A stretch of 63,986 bases of DNA, counting the filler, from Klebsormidium nitens (taxonomy: Eukaryota; Plantae; Klebsormidiophyceae): the NCBI GenBank assembly GCA_000708835.1. It is 8 parts of 8 records of this genome, joined end to end, with 100 filler letters (N's around TTAATTAATTAA, not from the genome) between each part and the next. Parts side by side here need not be neighbours in the genome. Positions count along the whole stretch, not along the records: positions 12,683 to 22,568 come from DF238180.1; positions 22,669 to 32,326 come from DF238188.1; 6 more parts are not named here. One strand, 5' to 3'. Under the pieces are notes generated by a model. The model had not been told where the DNA came from. It saw only the letters and a program-made list of their open reading frames with translations, and made no database searches. Within the stretch, counting starts at the first letter, position 1. Every line of letters starts with the position of its first letter. Both the position numbers and the translations under genes were made by a program. This document shows, piece after piece, positions 12,683 to 25,423 of the stretch.

Positions 12683-14284
12683 CTGTAACCATTTTGGAAT
12701 CAAAGGAACTAGTGTTATGAAATTGCGGGCGGTTGTGTCCTGGTTAAATATTGTGCCCAATGCGCACTAGGGGACGTCAGCCTGGCGTCCTTGCGTGCAC
12801 TGTGCCCGACAAGACTCTGCCTTGCAGTCTGTACCTTTGATATAAGTGAACCTTGGATATACGCGTGGCCGTGACGACGGTAGACGGTTTTGAGCGGTCA
12901 TAAGGGCTACCACCAGACCTACCTAAGCTATAGTCCGTGCTGAAGCTGAGAACAAGCGTGTTTGTGGTAGTTAGAATCAAGCGTGAGATGGATGCAGTCG
13001 TCGAAAAGGAAGTACGCAAGCCACTTCAATCTAGTACATGCAATGAAGCTACTGAGATATGCATAAAAGTTTTCAGGTCCAGCCTGGGTGCATGACTTTT
13101 ACGTGAACCAGATCAGGACTTTGTATGTCGTACTTCCAAGCAATGTAGAAGCTCAGAGCTAGGGCCCGGTAGTGCCTTCATACTAACTGGCCAACCTCTA
13201 TAAGCATCGTCTTTTGACTAGAACGGATCAATCGGCTTCGTCTTTGAGCCGAGTACGTAGTCAGCTGTATAAGCTTGCAGCCAAGGGGAAGGACTTTCTA
13301 TGAATTCTCAAATTCTAGCTAAATTAAGTTAGCTGTATCAACTTCGCCAGCCGGGGCACCAGCCTGCATGGTCCCATGACATTTGAAACTTGCTCAAGCT
13401 GTATCAGAGCCGGGCTGTAGCTCTGAAGGTAGAGCTGGCATGCGGTGGCCTTACGTGTACTCTTCTAACCTTTCTACTTGGAATTCTACTAACTTAGAAT
13501 TCCTCCCTCAGCCGCTTTTGAGATCTCGAAGCCGGCCTCAGGCTCGTCACTGGAGAGAGAGCTATCCGAGATGACTTCAGGTAGGTACGGGGTTATAGGT
13601 GCAAGAAGAGCTTGAAGAATCAAAGCGTTAATCCTCCTAGCGTGAGCGTCTACCCCTGCGGACTCGGTACTACTTCGGTAGGTACACGGAGGCCTGCTTA
13701 GCTGCTTAGGTATAAATACCGTGAGAACCCAATGACTCGCCTTAGAGAAAAGCGGAGTCAGACAACAGTAGTCCTCGAGTACAATAGCCTGCAGTGAGTG
13801 GGGTGTTGCTCGTGCGTTCGCACCTCCCAGTGAAATCGACGGCCTAAAGACGCCGCAGCCCTGCCGCTCCCGGTCCTTTCAGCTGCACGGGTACGAGTGA
13901 GCGCGTGGGATGCCGATCCAACAGTGCCTTTCTCTGCTTCTTCTAAGTTGATTCGAGCTCGAGACTGTTCTGGAACCGAAAATTCACGGCTGGAGAAGGG
14001 AGAGCGTTGTATACCAGGAGAGATCTGAGATCCGAGCACTTCCCTATGCTGTGGGACCTAAGACTCGTTTTCTCTGCGTTTCTAAGGATCCGTAGAGTAT
14101 CCAAGCCTCAAGATTTGAAGCCTTCAAGCTTTGAGCTGAGACGAGGTCGTGCGTCGTCATTAGGTCGTCAAAGCCGAGTCCTCCATACAAAGTCCACCTG
14201 TTTCCGATTGAGACAGAAAAAATGATGTTTCTTCACCATCGCTCTACTCATACCGCGGGACGATACTCAGTTGTCTAAGATAGG

Positions 14285-15840
14285 ACGCAGTTGACAGTGA
14301 CTTGTGACGTAAGCATCAAGGACCTTTTTGTGAAAGCATTTTCCGTATTTGCATTACCCACAATTAATGTCAGACTACCCGCACACCGCAGACCGCAGAC
14401 TTTTCCTCTTCGCAGGTGGGTTGTTGACACTTTTACGCCCGCGGTCTCCATGCTGTCCGGCCCCGCCTCCATGACCGGAACGTCTACCGACCACTTCTCC
14501 TTCTCTGCATTTTCCCTTCGAAGGACACGGCAAACGGTTTCCAAATCAACTGCGGACAGTGCACAGGAACGCCTCTCGATTCGGACCCCTTCCAGCCCTG
14601 CGCCAACCCGGTCATCTTAGCAAAACTCGGGGTTAGCGGACTCGGTTACCGCCCACGTCGTGATCGTGGTTCCGCTGGACGAAGCCGGCAACCGCGCGCT
14701 GACGCAAGCAGTGTTCCGCTGAGCGGAGGACAGCGGGCGCCCGTCGTTTTCGTCGTGGGCAAATCCGCCGGAAACGCGCCCAGCGGAACAGTCATCTTTT
14801 CCGCGCGCGCCAACGCGGCGTCTGCGGACTGTAACGGCTGGAACGCGTACTGCTCGCTGGACGGCTCGGCCTCCTACCCCTGCGGTGACGTCAGCAACTC
14901 CTTCCTGGCCGCGTCCGCGTTTACGAACATCAAAGCGGGGCTCCACGTGGCGACCGTTCTCTTCACAAACGCGCTTGGTGGCGCCGCTACGCTGACCTTC
15001 TCCTGGGACCGCCGCTGTCGAGATCCTCGGGCCCGACTCGCCGATCCCGCGGAATCCGTTCCCGGTTACTGTCTCCAGCTCAGCAAGGCTTGCTAGGGAC
15101 GGCTTCACCTGCGTCAGCGCAACGTCATGCGAGGTGATCGTCACCGGCGCCACAGTGCCTGACCCGGACAGCCTCTTCTATGCCGATCCGTATCAGTACC
15201 TATACGATCCAGATCGCTCTCTTAATGGGATCACGATGGGCCGATTGATTGAAGTGTTCCCCTCGGGGTCTGCTTAGACGCAGTGGGAACTTTCCAGCGG
15301 AAGCGTCCGTTATCTTCCAAGCCAAACCCCCGCAGGCGGTGCTGGCCGCAGTGGGGTAAACGCCCGTCAACGTGACATCAGCCGGTGGCGTCAGCAGCAT
15401 AGCATGGGCCACCAACGCTTTGCCACTTACGTTCAAGATTACTTTTAGCTGCGAAGTGACCGGGTTCAATCTGAGCGGAATTCTGGTGACGGGCGGCAAA
15501 GCGGAACATCTCCTCGTCGCGAGTCGCTCGACCAGCGCGGCCGCGCGTGCGTCGCCCAGCGGCTCGAACTCTCTGACTGACGTCAGCAACCTGTCTTCCT
15601 TGATACGCATTGCAGGTGCCGGGGACAGCGCCCCGAGCACCGCGTTCTCCTTTCGCGTCGTTTCGTTCGGGCGGAACGGAATGGTATCTGTCCAGATTTT
15701 GCCCGGAAGCTGTGCCGACAGTCTGGACAGCCCAAACAGCGGTTCCGACGCTTTTGAGTTTCTGTTCGACATAACGCGTCCCCAGGTCTCCGTGGCAGCC
15801 CCAGGGACAGCTTCTACGGCCTCGAGTCAGACAGTGCATA
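14285..15840 (+). pseudogene. Decayed gene for a secreted or surface protein with bacterial-type Ig-like repeats
   Basis: Pieces in shifting frames: WVVDTFTPAV, VIVVPLDEAGNRALTQAVFR*(TGA where Trp is expected)AEDSGRP, CSLDGSASYPC, DGFTCVSATSCEVIVTGATVPDPDSL, ATNALPLTFKITFSCEVTGFNLSGILVTGG, FDITRPQVSV. Several stops and frameshifts. The family resemblance (plant Ig-like-domain membrane proteins) is from motif recall only. Confidence 0.62.
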
Positions 15841-17639
15841 TTTGGTTGATATTCGGTTCAGTGAACCGGTTTACGTTTTCACAAACCGGACCGGGTCGGT
15901 GTTTGGGACCGGTTAGGTTTCGCCCATCGGGTGAAGCGTAACCAGGGTAGCACCTCAAGGCGACGGCCTCGATTCATAATGTAACGCTTGTGAGGGATCT
16001 GAAGTCCGACTTTACGGAAAGAACGGTCGGGGTGCAAGAGAGGGCGATTCGAGACGTCGCCGAGAACCCAAATCCAGCTTCGGTGATTTTGAGAATCAGC
16101 TTCAGTAAGCAAGCCTTCCTTTCCAGGGAGATTATTAGCTCAGAATCGTCCACCTTTCGAAAATCTAGAGTCCTGAAACCCTGTGAAATCTTGTAGGGAA
16201 GGACGACGGCACAGCGTTGATCTTCTGCCGTGACTGTAATTCGCGGCTTTGTTGCGGAACTCCAAGTACTGAGGATAATCTTGCGGAGAGCCTCAGTCGA
16301 GCGTCCTTGTTTTCTTGAGCTCTCCGCCAAGCTCGGAACAGAAGAACTTGAAATTGTGTTGATGAGCTCTATATTACGGAGTATTTAAGGCTTCAGGACC
16401 TGTCTAGATTCTTCTGCATGACATGAGAGATATCAAAAGCTTCACAGTTTCTCTTGAAATTTCGTTCGTGTCCGCGAACTTGGATGCCCGCCGGTGACCA
16501 GGATCCTGACTGCTTGATGCTTTCAGTAGTCAGCTGATGAACCGCCAAAGGAAGATCTATACGAAGGACTCTGGTCCTGGAGGATGTCAAACATTCTTCA
16601 ATACGGACAAACAGGACGTCGAAACCATGGAGCTGTTCTGCTCGAATGCACTCGAGAAGCGACGACCTCCTCTCTTCCGCAGCCAATTCTTTGCTCTGAT
16701 CAGGAGGAGCTTGCCTCGTAATTTATACGTTTCTCCATCCAAGACCGAAGAAACAGAACTCTGTGCCTCCTCCTTTCGGGTCCCTCCTCGCGCGCCGCGG
16801 CCGCGGCCGCGCTCGGCGGGCGGATCGTCTCCCGGGGCTTCGCAAGCACCACCGGTATTTCTCTAGCGGCGCTTCTTCCCACAACACTTCTTCAGACGGG
16901 CGACCTCCTTGGTGTCTGTGCAGGCGGCCTACCGAGCGCCGCCCCAGGCGCATTTACATTGCGCTTCGCCGCCCGGGACAACCTACTGGGAATAGTCGGG
17001 ACGGTGCAGACGTTCGCTTCGTTCCCAAAGGTGGCCATCGGCCAGTCGGCCGTGTTCCAGGAAGTGACCGGAAGCCTCGCAACGCTGGTGGGTATGCTGC
17101 CTGAGAGATAAGATTTATGCAGAAAAAGTAGCTAGACCTAAGTAAGTTGGAACTTCTGACGAAATCGTTTTTAAAGATCGCTTGTCATGCATGAGGCAAA
17201 TCGTGGTGTTTTGCTGCTTCCGCACAGAATCTGGTGAATTGAAGGACTTTGGGCAGAGTAGCCTAGATTGACTGAAGTTTCTGAAAGCAGAATTGAAGGT
17301 TCAACGTGCTTTTAATCAATCTCCAAAAGGGTCGGTCATCAGGGCATACCATCTGCTCAATAACGAAGAGTCACGAATGGCTCCCCACGGCGTTCTCCGA
17401 AGCGATGCAAAGAGGGTGGAGGAGAAAAAGTTGGGAAGCTTTACGTGTCTCCTGTTGACTTAAAAAAGATCATTAAATGAAGCTCAATCATATAAGAAAT
17501 ATTCGGTGTCAGCAGATCACAGGATGAGGAACCTTCGTAACAGAATCGGCTCTATTCCCCGCCTTCAATTGATAGCTTTGTGATATATTCTGTTATTGCC
17601 GCTTCTCAATTGCCCATCTGCTCTTTTGTATCCTCCAAC

Positions 17640-18440
17640 AGAAATCAAATTTGTGACCACAACAGCTTACCTGGAAACCCGTCCAATGACGTCACTCGAG
17701 GTCGCCTACGCTGCTGCCCCTGCATCGACACCGAGGTGGGCTTCCAGTGCCGGTTTCCGGAGGCGTCTCTTGCAGAACGGAACGGGAACGGAACCGGAAC
17801 AGGCACTCCCGACCCAGCTTTGTGTCGACCAGCCAAGCGGAAGAGTGAGGGCCATTCCAATCATCCCAAATCTGTGAGACACCAAATCGCTAGCAACTTT
17901 GACTACAGTGGTACTATCTGTTCGCCGCATGATCTGACGCTGCTTTGCGACTTGAAGCATTTAATCTCCAATGGTGGGTTCCAAAGAAAAGCGTGGTTTA
18001 TACGCTGGGGGGATCGAACTTTTTCGCTTGTTACCTGGCTCGATTATATGAGTTTCAAAGCGATAAGCATCGCATAATTGCCTGCTTCGTCTAATTGTCT
18101 GTTCACAAACTCAGCTCGATACAACCTTGAATCGATTCGAAAACTGGTTTCAGGGAACAGCTTTACGCCTACTATGAATAAAACTTCATAAGCATCCAGA
18201 CTTGACCCTGTCACCAAATTTCAGCATGGTTTTCCAAGCCCCCAGAGTCTCCGGCAACCAACTAAATCTTCCTCTCTCCTCTTGTCTCAGTTGGCTCCCT
18301 TTGAGCTCATATTCAGACGCGTTTGCATCGTCCTGTCCGCGACGTCCGTCGTCCGGACCTTGTTGGCGTACGTATGGAAGCGCATCCTCGACCAAAGCTT
18401 GCCGGACCTGCTTTTATTTGCGAGAGCTGAGCTCCAAGCG
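17640..18440 (+). pseudogene. Probable downstream exons of the same decayed gene (RRRLLQ linker and hydrophobic membrane segments)
   Basis: After the acceptor at about 17639: EIKFVTTTAYLE...AGFRRRLLQNGTG. Then FSLVTWLDYMSFKAISIA* and ELIFRRVCIVLSATSVVRTLLAYVWKRILDQSLPDLLLFARAELQ. Same strand as 14285-15840. Confidence 0.42.
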
Positions 18441-19658
18441 GGAGCGTTCTGCTTCTATCCGGTGTCCACATATAGCGTGCGCATCGCATCTGCAACGTGA
18501 TATTACGGCTAAAGTTCACAATAAAACGGTCCTTGGACAAAAAGGATGAAGATTGGTAACCTTTGCTCACAGGAATCTGGTTCAAAAGCATGGCTTTTTG
18601 CAAGGCGAATTCAAAAAACTTAGGTCCTCACAAAGGGGAAAAGACACTTGTAAGGATTCAACTACTACAGAACAAGTTAGTCTTGATCGCATGCAGTCGC
18701 ATCTGAAATGTTCTCGTGTTTTAGCAAAGAAAGAAGACCAGTGCTTAAAGGATGCGGTATTGGCACTATTGTCAGAGGTCGACGTGATCTTGAGCAGAGT
18801 CAGTCGTGCGTTTCTCTGCTACTCAACTTGAACGCGGGTGAAGTGAGACGATCGTACAGATACTATAATAAGTATAACAAAAAAAGTAAGCCCACTTCTT
18901 TACGTGACGTGGCTCCAAGATTCCTCTAGCCTCACCTCTCCTCGCACCTTTTTAATTTCCTTAAGACTACAGCCCTTCTTGGAAAGTCTTTTCTGATCCT
19001 GAACGACTCAAATTTATCTTCCCTTCTGCTGGCCACTCGATGGCACAGGCCTTTGTGGGCGCTCTACTCCTTCTGCTCATTCCGTGCTCCGCCATCGTGG
19101 CAGTCTTGGGTTTCCTTGCAACCCACAATATCCTGGCAAGCCATACTCTCCCCCCTCACGGAATACGTTAGTACTTTGAAATAGTACTAATTCTGTAAGC
19201 TGGATCCCTGTTGTCACGGCCATCGTGTACCCTTCTTAGTCCCGATTCCGTGGGGACGGACTCGAATACCCACAGAATTCGCCTGTCGCAGCGAGAATGG
19301 AGCTCGGAATGATCCATCCCAACAGTTAAGGTGGCCGTCCGAAACTGCTGGCGTCCAAGAAAAAGCTTTCTCGTCCTTCAACGTCGAGCGGAAAGCGGAA
19401 GGCACCAGCCTCAAACACGATGCAACTTTCGCAGCTTCAGTCAAGCACGGCTCCAACCAGGTTGTGCACCAAGTTTTATACATCCGTCACCGGGTTTTTG
19501 ACAGAAAATTCGCTTATTGGTCCGAGGTCCGTGCGCTCTTGTTCCTTCAACAAAAGCGGATCCAGGATTTCGCTCTCCGTGCGCCTAGGGGGACACGGAC
19601 TTCGTTCACAGGGATCGGAGGCGCATTTCGAGCCGTCCAGAGGTTGTCCGACGGCGCT

Positions 19659-21041
19659 CACGTGGCGCGGCCGCGACGCCGCCGCCTGCTTCGGCGCGCG
19701 CTGCGCCAGGCGGTGGACCGACGCGCGCCGGACGCACGGACGTCTGGTCAGGCGTTCGGGCTCCTCTTCGAGTCCTTTCGTCTTCCTATCTGCACTGGAG
19801 GAGAACACTTGTTTAAAAGAAAGATTTCAACTGCACATGACGGCACGAAAGGGCGTTCGCAACTCGTGAACGCGTGCTCGCGGAGTGGGGCAGATATCGG
19901 ACGCTTTGAAGCGTCCGACAGCGGTGTAGAAAAGATCGAACGGCCCGGATTATCTGGACAGAGTTCTCAAAGGCTGAACCCACTTCTGCTGGGGGCGAGA
20001 CTGGGTTGGCCTGTTGCGGACGGTGCGCGCGCGCTCGTCCAGATGCTGCGGACGTGCCACGTGGGCGCGCTCGTGAGGCGGACGTGCCACGTGGGCGCGC
20101 TCCTCACGAAGCGGTGGTGTTTGCGGCGCTTCTCGCGGGGAGGGAGGCGCCACGTGGCGGGCTCGGAGCCGGGTTCAAACCAAGTGGGCCACTCCTGATG
20201 ACGTCAGTAGTCTTTCCCTCCTGGCTCGTAATCGCAAAGCCTTACGTCACCCAAGCCTTGCAAGGCGTCGAGGTGACGACGGGGTTTCTCGAAGTTCTTA
20301 CTGCTGATTTTGGCGTCGCAATCTGGCCGAGCGGAGCGGAGGCGTTCCGGAGCGGACCCGCGGGTATCGGAACCTTGACGGAAGAGGAGAGGGTTTGAGT
20401 GCGGGGATGCTGGGGCTTCAGATTGTGGCCGTTGGAATGCAGACGGGGTATCAGTGGTGGGCAGCGTTTGCTGGGCTGAGAGCGCAATGGAAGCTGTGGA
20501 AGGAGAGACGAGAAGTACAAGCAGAGAAAAGAAGGTCAACTGAGATGCTCAGGAAGAATGAAAAACATTTGACGTCGAAGAGAGGACCAAGAGACCTTGA
20601 GTCTTTTTCGAGAGATAAGGAGGGGCGGGTTGCTGGAAATGGAAAAGAAGACAAGGAGGTCAGAGAAAGAGCAAGCGTGGAAGAGGCGCCAACGAGAACG
20701 GAAATGGTTGCAAGAGGACGTGGGGCGGCTCCACGTGTCAGCCACACAAGGTGGCGCAACAAAGGGAAGCGGTGACGTCTGCCACCTCCAGGAACGAGAC
20801 TGATTAAGAGACTGACTGGGGCCGTGGGGCTTCGGACGTGGACCCAACTTTAGTCCAGTGTTGGAGGAAGATTTGGAGAACAAGGGCGGGATGGTAAGCG
20901 GACCGGAACGGGTGACAGGGAATGGGAAGAGTCCTTCAGAAGAATTTGTAAGAAAAGAAGTCGAACTGAGCGTATATGTTAGGAAGATCGAATCGGTGCG
21001 CACCGTGGAGGAGAGGGAGAACGCGTGCCAAAAAGCACGTG
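19659..21041. promoter_or_regulatory. Cluster of G-box/ABRE-type ACGT elements
   Basis: CACGTG at 19659, 20058, 20088, 20151, 20732 and 21036. A 25-bp direct repeat GCGGACGTGCCACGTGGGCGCGCTC lies at 20048 and 20078. Several TGACGTC sites lie in between. Confidence 0.4.
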
Positions 21042-21310
21042 CAGCGCGCGGTGACTCCCGGGAGGGACGAAGTCGGAACTGAGAAACGGAACGGAGGCGC
21101 GGGAGGACGGAACGCACCCTTGAAAGCGGGGCGAGCAAAACTCCCGACGATCTTTCCGCAAGCAGCGGCGGCCTAGAAAAAGTCAAAACACAGCAGCAGC
21201 TGAATCGTCAAACAGGGTCTCGTCAAACGGTCCGACTCGACAAAGAGGGAGCCGGAAAGGATAGGATTCTCTCGCCCCACCGCGGTGGGCAGGAGATAGT
21301 GTCAAAGCCC

Positions 21311-21532
21311 TCAATTCGAGGGGACAACGGAAGCACCGATGCGTGCGAGCATTCCCGAGCGCATGAGCGCGCACGACGCGCGCGGCTGGGCCGGCTGAAG
21401 AGCCGGCGGCAAGGTGACGGCCACCGCCACCATGACGTACTTCGTCGTGTCCGAATCGGACGAATCAGAAGCGTCCGATGATGAGGATCGGACGGCGGTG
21501 GTGAACGTTCGAATGGCGGTCCGCCAGAACAT
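21311..21532 (-). CDS. Possible small protein or first exon with a mitochondrial presequence-like N-terminus
   Basis: GCCACC-ATG context; MFWRTAIRTFTTAVRSSSS is R/S/T-rich and acid-free, followed by YVMVAVAVT. No recognisable homology. Confidence 0.22.
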   Translation of the reverse strand: MFWRTAIRTFTTAVRSSSSDASDSSDSDTTKYVMVAVAVTLPPALQPAQPRASCALMRSGMLARIGASVVPSN

Positions 21533-22568
21533 GGTGGCCAGCTTTACATTCAAGACTGAACCGGAAGTTGTTGGCAGAGACTAATACGAATATAGATTAG
21601 AAACCCAGGGGATATGCTCCTCATTGCTGCGAAGGAGAACGGCCACCTCAATGCGATGCAAAAATGGTCATGCTATGTAAGAGGCGCGCAACAATCAGGT
21701 CCTTTCGAAAGGTTGTCCTGAGTCGATTTTGTCCAGAGTCGAACTTTGGGAGTATCGTTAATCTTGACGGTTAGTCAAGCTTATTCAACCGTCGATTACT
21801 CTTCAACGTTTTGCGTGTTTGTATCCCTGGGTAAGCACGCCCTGAAACTTTCATGCACTGGACAGACTGTTCAGGGTCAGAGCTCTGAATTGTCCACAGC
21901 AGCCGCTTACGGCGGGTACACCGCTCCTACTACCGTATCAGGTATAGTAGTAGGCCAGGCCCCGGGCAATGGGCCCAGGCTCAGAGCTTGCCAAACAATA
22001 AAAACGCAACCAGAACAAGCCAAGCTGCTCAGCTGAAGGGCCAGGCTACGCGCACAGACTAAGCAGGGACACATCTCAGTCGGCCGGGGTTTGCACAGAA
22101 AGAAGTGGATGATACTTGGCATGCACCAAGACTTTCCGTGGATTCTGTGCACAGGAATTCGGCCTCACGGTTTTGGGTTAGAGAGTTCAAAATTCAGGAC
22201 TACCGCCTCCGAGTACAGCGGCAAGGCTCGACTTAGACGTAGTTTTCGTCGAGTCACCTCAAACCAGGCTCGTATCATGCATTTACCGACGTTGCAAGAA
22301 TGCCTCATGCGTGTTACAAGTGAAATTCTTGCTCGACCACCTCCAAACCATCTTCATAGAGACGACACACGGCCAAGACGCCTATAGTATGCAGTCCGCA
22401 CAACTTTCCAACATGAGGCTTGCACGTGCACACTGACTTGGTTCCATGGCAGAATGACGTACACCCAGCGTACATCTGTGATTATTGTTTGTAAGGCACA
22501 TGAAAGAATCCTGATCTCAGATGCAGTCCTTCTAACGAGCCGAAGGCAAATTCTTTCATCGCTCGCAC

Positions 22569-22668
22569 NNNNNNNNNNNNNNNNNNNNNNNNNNNNNNNN
22601 NNNNNNNNNNNNTTAATTAATTAANNNNNNNNNNNNNNNNNNNNNNNNNNNNNNNNNNNNNNNNNNNN
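22569..22668. other. Artificial contig spacer
   Basis: N44-TTAATTAATTAA-N44. Confidence 0.98.
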
Positions 22669-22779
22669 CCTAAAACGCTAAAACCCTAAAACCCTAAAAT
22701 CCTAAAACACTAAAGCCCTAATATTCTAAAACCCTAAAGCCCCTAAAACCCAAAAAAGGGTTGAAAACCCTAAAACCCT
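22669..22779 (+). repeat. Degenerate telomere-type repeat (CCCTAAAA)n / (TTTTAGGG)n at the contig start
   Basis: cctaaaacgctaaaaccctaaaaccctaaaatcctaaaacactaaagcccctaa...; the C-rich strand runs inward from the contig end, as at a left chromosome end. Confidence 0.75.
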
Positions 22780-24016
22780 GAGCTCCGATTTGAAATTTTT
22801 TGCAGATCCTGAAAGCGCATTATTAGTGTGACCCAAATTTATCGCGTCAAGCCGATTCCGTACTCCAAAACCTTCTCCTTTCCCCTGAAAAACGCAAAGA
22901 TGACGTCGTTTCCGAAAATCCGGGAAAACTCAAAACCCTAATATGCAAAATTTGTTCAAAAATCAAGATGTTTGCGGCCCTAGCGTGCTGCTGATAAGGC
23001 AAATTTGTTGATTAACCGCTAGGCGCTAGCTCATTAGCCTCCAAGGCTCGAGCGGGCTTATACTATATAGTCCCATATGCTGCTCGAGCTAAGAAGAATC
23101 TAGCTATACCCGGCTATAGACAAGATAACTTTTTTAATGCTATAAGTAGCTCCCGGAGTCCACCGGCAAGTATATATACGGCCGGTATGACAAAGCTAGT
23201 CGATCAATTTTGCAAAGCCGCCGGCGAGCTACCATGCATTCAGATCGATCGAAGTCCCGGTAGGGCCGGCGGCTGTGCGCGCTGCAGTGCAGCCAGGAGC
23301 AACTTAGCACAGCTCATGGCCGGGCCGCTGTGCCAATCTGCTTGCTGGGTACCAGACTACCGTACTGGCAAGGAACTTATGTTGCATGGTGACGGTGTAT
23401 GTCGGATTGTCGGGTTGCAAAGCATGGTCGTCAAACCGTGACATGCATGGTAGCTCATGTGCCAGGCCACAGCCGGACCACCCGGGCCACTCTAGTGGCT
23501 ACTCAATAAACAGGCTAACCATGCATGTGAATCTTCAGTATTAATAGCATTGTTCGAAGCTGTCTAGCTCATTTATACATCATACATTATCACTAAAAGC
23601 CTGGGTACATACCATACACTGACGGTTTCGGTATTGGCGACGCAGCCCCTTCTAGCTCTCCAAATTGCATTCAATAAAGCAAGCGACTCGCACATTCAAC
23701 CAATCTGCTGTACATTTCTTCGGACACATGCACCAATAGAGTATGCGACATAAAGTTGGCAAGTCCGAGCTAGGAAACGTCTGGCAACATGACGCGCGAG
23801 AGGCCCCGTGCACAGCTTTGCGATCACCAGCCGACTTGAGAAGAGTGGAAACAGAACTTCAGTGGAGGACATGATTTGCGTCTCCACGACACAAGCAGCC
23901 GCCAGGGCGGTCACTGTCTATACAAAGGATTGGCCCACAATGTTACCCCCTCGTTCTGAAACCAAGACCGTCGACACAGATCCGTGGAACAAACTTTACC
24001 CTTAATCTTACATCAT

Positions 24017-25423
24017 TTATTCTTTTGCAGCTTGCTCGAAATTTTCACCTGCAAGGGAGCAAGTCACAATTGAGAACACTCACAAGTTGAAAAAAACTGA
24101 TTCCATAAGCCAACTACAGAGTCTTTCCTATAGGCCGACTACGCAGTAACCCCTCTTACCGAGGGGAACAACCGCTGTCGAATACCAAGGCTTCAGTATC
24201 GGCATGCCTCCCTGTTGGAGATTGAATTCCAGGATGCGGCACCGGGGGCTCACCCTCAACGAGGTCGGGCACGTCGTCGTCGTCATCGTCATCGTCAGCA
24301 GCGTCGCCGGCGCCGGCCTGGCCCTGGTACTGCGACGCCAGCTTCTTCAGGTTGGCCAGGTTATCGGGGCCCAGCTGGTTGATGATCCCGGGGAGCAGGT
24401 CCTGCAGCTCTGCACGCACAGGGCAGGGCGACAGCGGTGAGGCGCGGCAGCGAGCATGGACAGGTGGGGGCAAGCGGGGGGGCCCTGAGCCTGGTGGGCC
24501 CATGTGGTTGGCCCTCTGCCTCAGCGTGTGCACGCCAGCGACACAAGGACGTTCATCGCAGCACCAAAGCCCATCCGCCAGTGGGCCACTGCTGTGCACG
24601 GCTGATGGTTCGCTCACTCTTTGTTTGGGAGGTCCCGCTGACGACGTAGGTGTTGGCAGCGATGGAGGCTTGGACTGCGCGGACGCAGGGAGCAGCAGGT
24701 CAGCAGCACGTCAAGGGGAACAAGAATAGAGTCAAGCAAGGGCGGGTCCAACTCTCCAGTCTACTCTACAATAAATGCTCAACGAACACCGGGCCTGTCT
24801 CTCCAGTAGGCAAGGGGATTCTTCTCACCAACAGTATAAGCTTCATATGTCAAGGAACATTGATGTGGCAACATGAGGACTTACCCTTTGGGTTGACGAA
24901 ATGAATGACAGTCTCGTCCTTGAAAATGTTGACTTCTTCAATGCCCGGTATTTGATTCACTCCTAGTCTTTTGAGCGTGTTTTGTAACCTCTTGTCGTCT
25001 GTTGTGGTTGTCTTGTGGATAGCCTTCTTCTTCCTGTCCAGGTAAAGAAAGATATGCGGTTCAGCCCCACCCCTTTTCCACCTGCCTGTCATGCAGTCGG
25101 CCGTTTCTAGAGGCACAAAAGGTCCGCACATGTTTTTCCACCCAATATCTGTGTGCGACGCACCAAAGTTGGCCCAGCCACCCTGACCACCCAACCCCAG
25201 TCGGCCCACATTTGCTGCAAGGCATCCCATGCGCCCTGTGCCGACGCTGTGATTGCATACATGCATACATTGGTCATGCTGGGACAGCACCAATGCTCCT
25301 CAGCACCGTTGGCAATGAAGAGCGGTTGCCAGTCCCTGCTTCTTCACGCGCTCACCTCCTGACACTGCCCTTCCCCCCCGTCCTAACGGAGCTGGCCATC
25401 TTGGCGAGCTTCTCCCGATTCAT
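24017..25423 (-). CDS. BTF3: Nascent polypeptide-associated complex beta subunit (BTF3), 5 coding exons
   Basis: Spliced product [86 protein letters not shown]...[25 protein letters not shown]...[18 protein letters not shown]. Exon 1 is 25423-25356 and exon 2 is 25033-24885, both GT-AG bounded. Confidence 0.96.
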
